Assembly: GCF_035084215.1 (NCBI RefSeq)
Contig: NC_090342.1
Span: forward strand, 38,316,001-38,380,000
Direction of reading: 5' to 3'
From: Heptranchias perlo
Lineage: Eukaryota
Length of the DNA: 64,000 bases
Part shown: positions 62,998-64,000 of the stretch, piece by piece
Position numbering within the stretch: position 1 is the first letter of the stretch
Layout: each line of letters begins with the position of its first letter
The notes under the pieces: generated by a model
Databases searched by the model: none
What the model saw: the letters and a program-made list of their open reading frames with translations, nothing else
What the model was told of the DNA's origin: nothing
Made by a program: the position numbers and the translations under genes

Positions 62998-64000
62998 CCC
63001 AGTGCAGCTACAACACTGGCATCTACCCAACAATGTGGAAAATTGCTCAGGTATGTCCAATCCACAAAAAGCAGGACAAATTCAATCCGGCCAATTACCG
63101 CCCCACCAGTCTACTCTCAATCATTAGCAAAGTGATGGAAGGTGTCATCGACAGTGCTATCAAGCGGCACTTACTCACCAATAACCTGCTCACCGATGCT
63201 CAGTCTGGTTTCCTCCAGGACCACTCAGCTCCAGACCTCATTACAGGCTTGGTCCAAACATGGACAAATAGCTGAATTCCAGAGGTGAGGTGAGAGTGAC
63301 TGCCCTTGACATCAAGGCAGCATTTGACCGAGTGCGGCACCAAGGAGCCCTAGTAAATTTGAAGTCAATGGGAATCAGGGGCAAAACTCTCCAGTGGCTG
63401 GAGTCATACCTAGCACAAAGGAAGATGGTAGTGGTTGTTGGAGGCCAATCATCTCAGCCCCAGGACATTGCTGCAGGAGTTCCTCAGGGCAGTGTCCAAG
63501 GCCCAACCATCTTCAGCTGCTTCATCAATGACCTTCCCTCCATCATAAGGTCAGAAATGGGGATGTTTGCTGATGATTGCACAGTGTTCAATTCCATTCG
63601 CAACCCCTCAGATAATGAAGCAGTCCATGCCCGCATGCAGCAAGACCTGGACAACATCCAGGCTTGGGCTGATAAGTGGTAAGTAACATTTGTGCCAGAC
63701 AAGTGCCAGGCAATGACCATCTCCAACAAGAGAGAGTCTAACCACCTCCCCTTGACATTCAACGGCATTACCATTGTTGAATCCCCCACCATCAACATCC
63801 TGGGGGTCACCATTGACCAGAAACTTAACTGGACCATCCACATAAATACTGTGACTACAAGAGCAGGTCAGAGGCTGGGTATTCTGCAGCAAGTGACTCA
63901 CCTCCTGACCTCCCCAAAGCCTTTCCACCATTTAGAAGGCACAAGTCAGGAGTGTGATGGAATACTCTCCACTAGCCTGGATGAGTGCAGCTCCAACAAC
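62998..64000 (+). mobile_element. Young CR1/L2-group LINE (same family as 11460) inserted in the Harbinger element
   Basis: Near-identical to 11460-12440; RT motifs LDIKAAFD, GVPQGS, FADD. Confidence 0.95.

Overview
Eukaryotic, repeat-rich window, very likely from a cartilaginous fish (shark), judging by its CR1/L2 LINE, Deu-domain SINE, Harbinger and Penelope content. It holds the conserved vertebrate block SMC1B (minus strand, coding exons 1-3, continues off the left edge), RIBC2 (plus strand, complete 7-exon 1140-nt CDS, 379 aa, head-to-head with SMC1B across a 509-bp CpG-rich promoter) and FBLN1 (plus strand, exons 1-5 with a TATA/Inr promoter, continues off the right edge). All exons were read by hand with GT-AG boundaries and consistent phases. 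The most notable non-genic signal is four minimal type I hammerhead ribozyme motifs in Penelope-like element termini, with covarying stems; three lie sense inside RIBC2 or FBLN1 introns. In the copy at about 60.3-60.6 kb, a 30-nt tandem duplication appears to rebuild the missing helix III, while the whole motif sits inside a 123-bp near-perfect hairpin. Other oddities are a 344-bp near-perfect inverted duplication in RIBC2 intron 5, Harbinger MITEs with paired inward-facing splice donors, and a minisatellite bracketed by 47-bp direct repeats. Repeat boundaries are approximate; family names come from recognition, not a database search.
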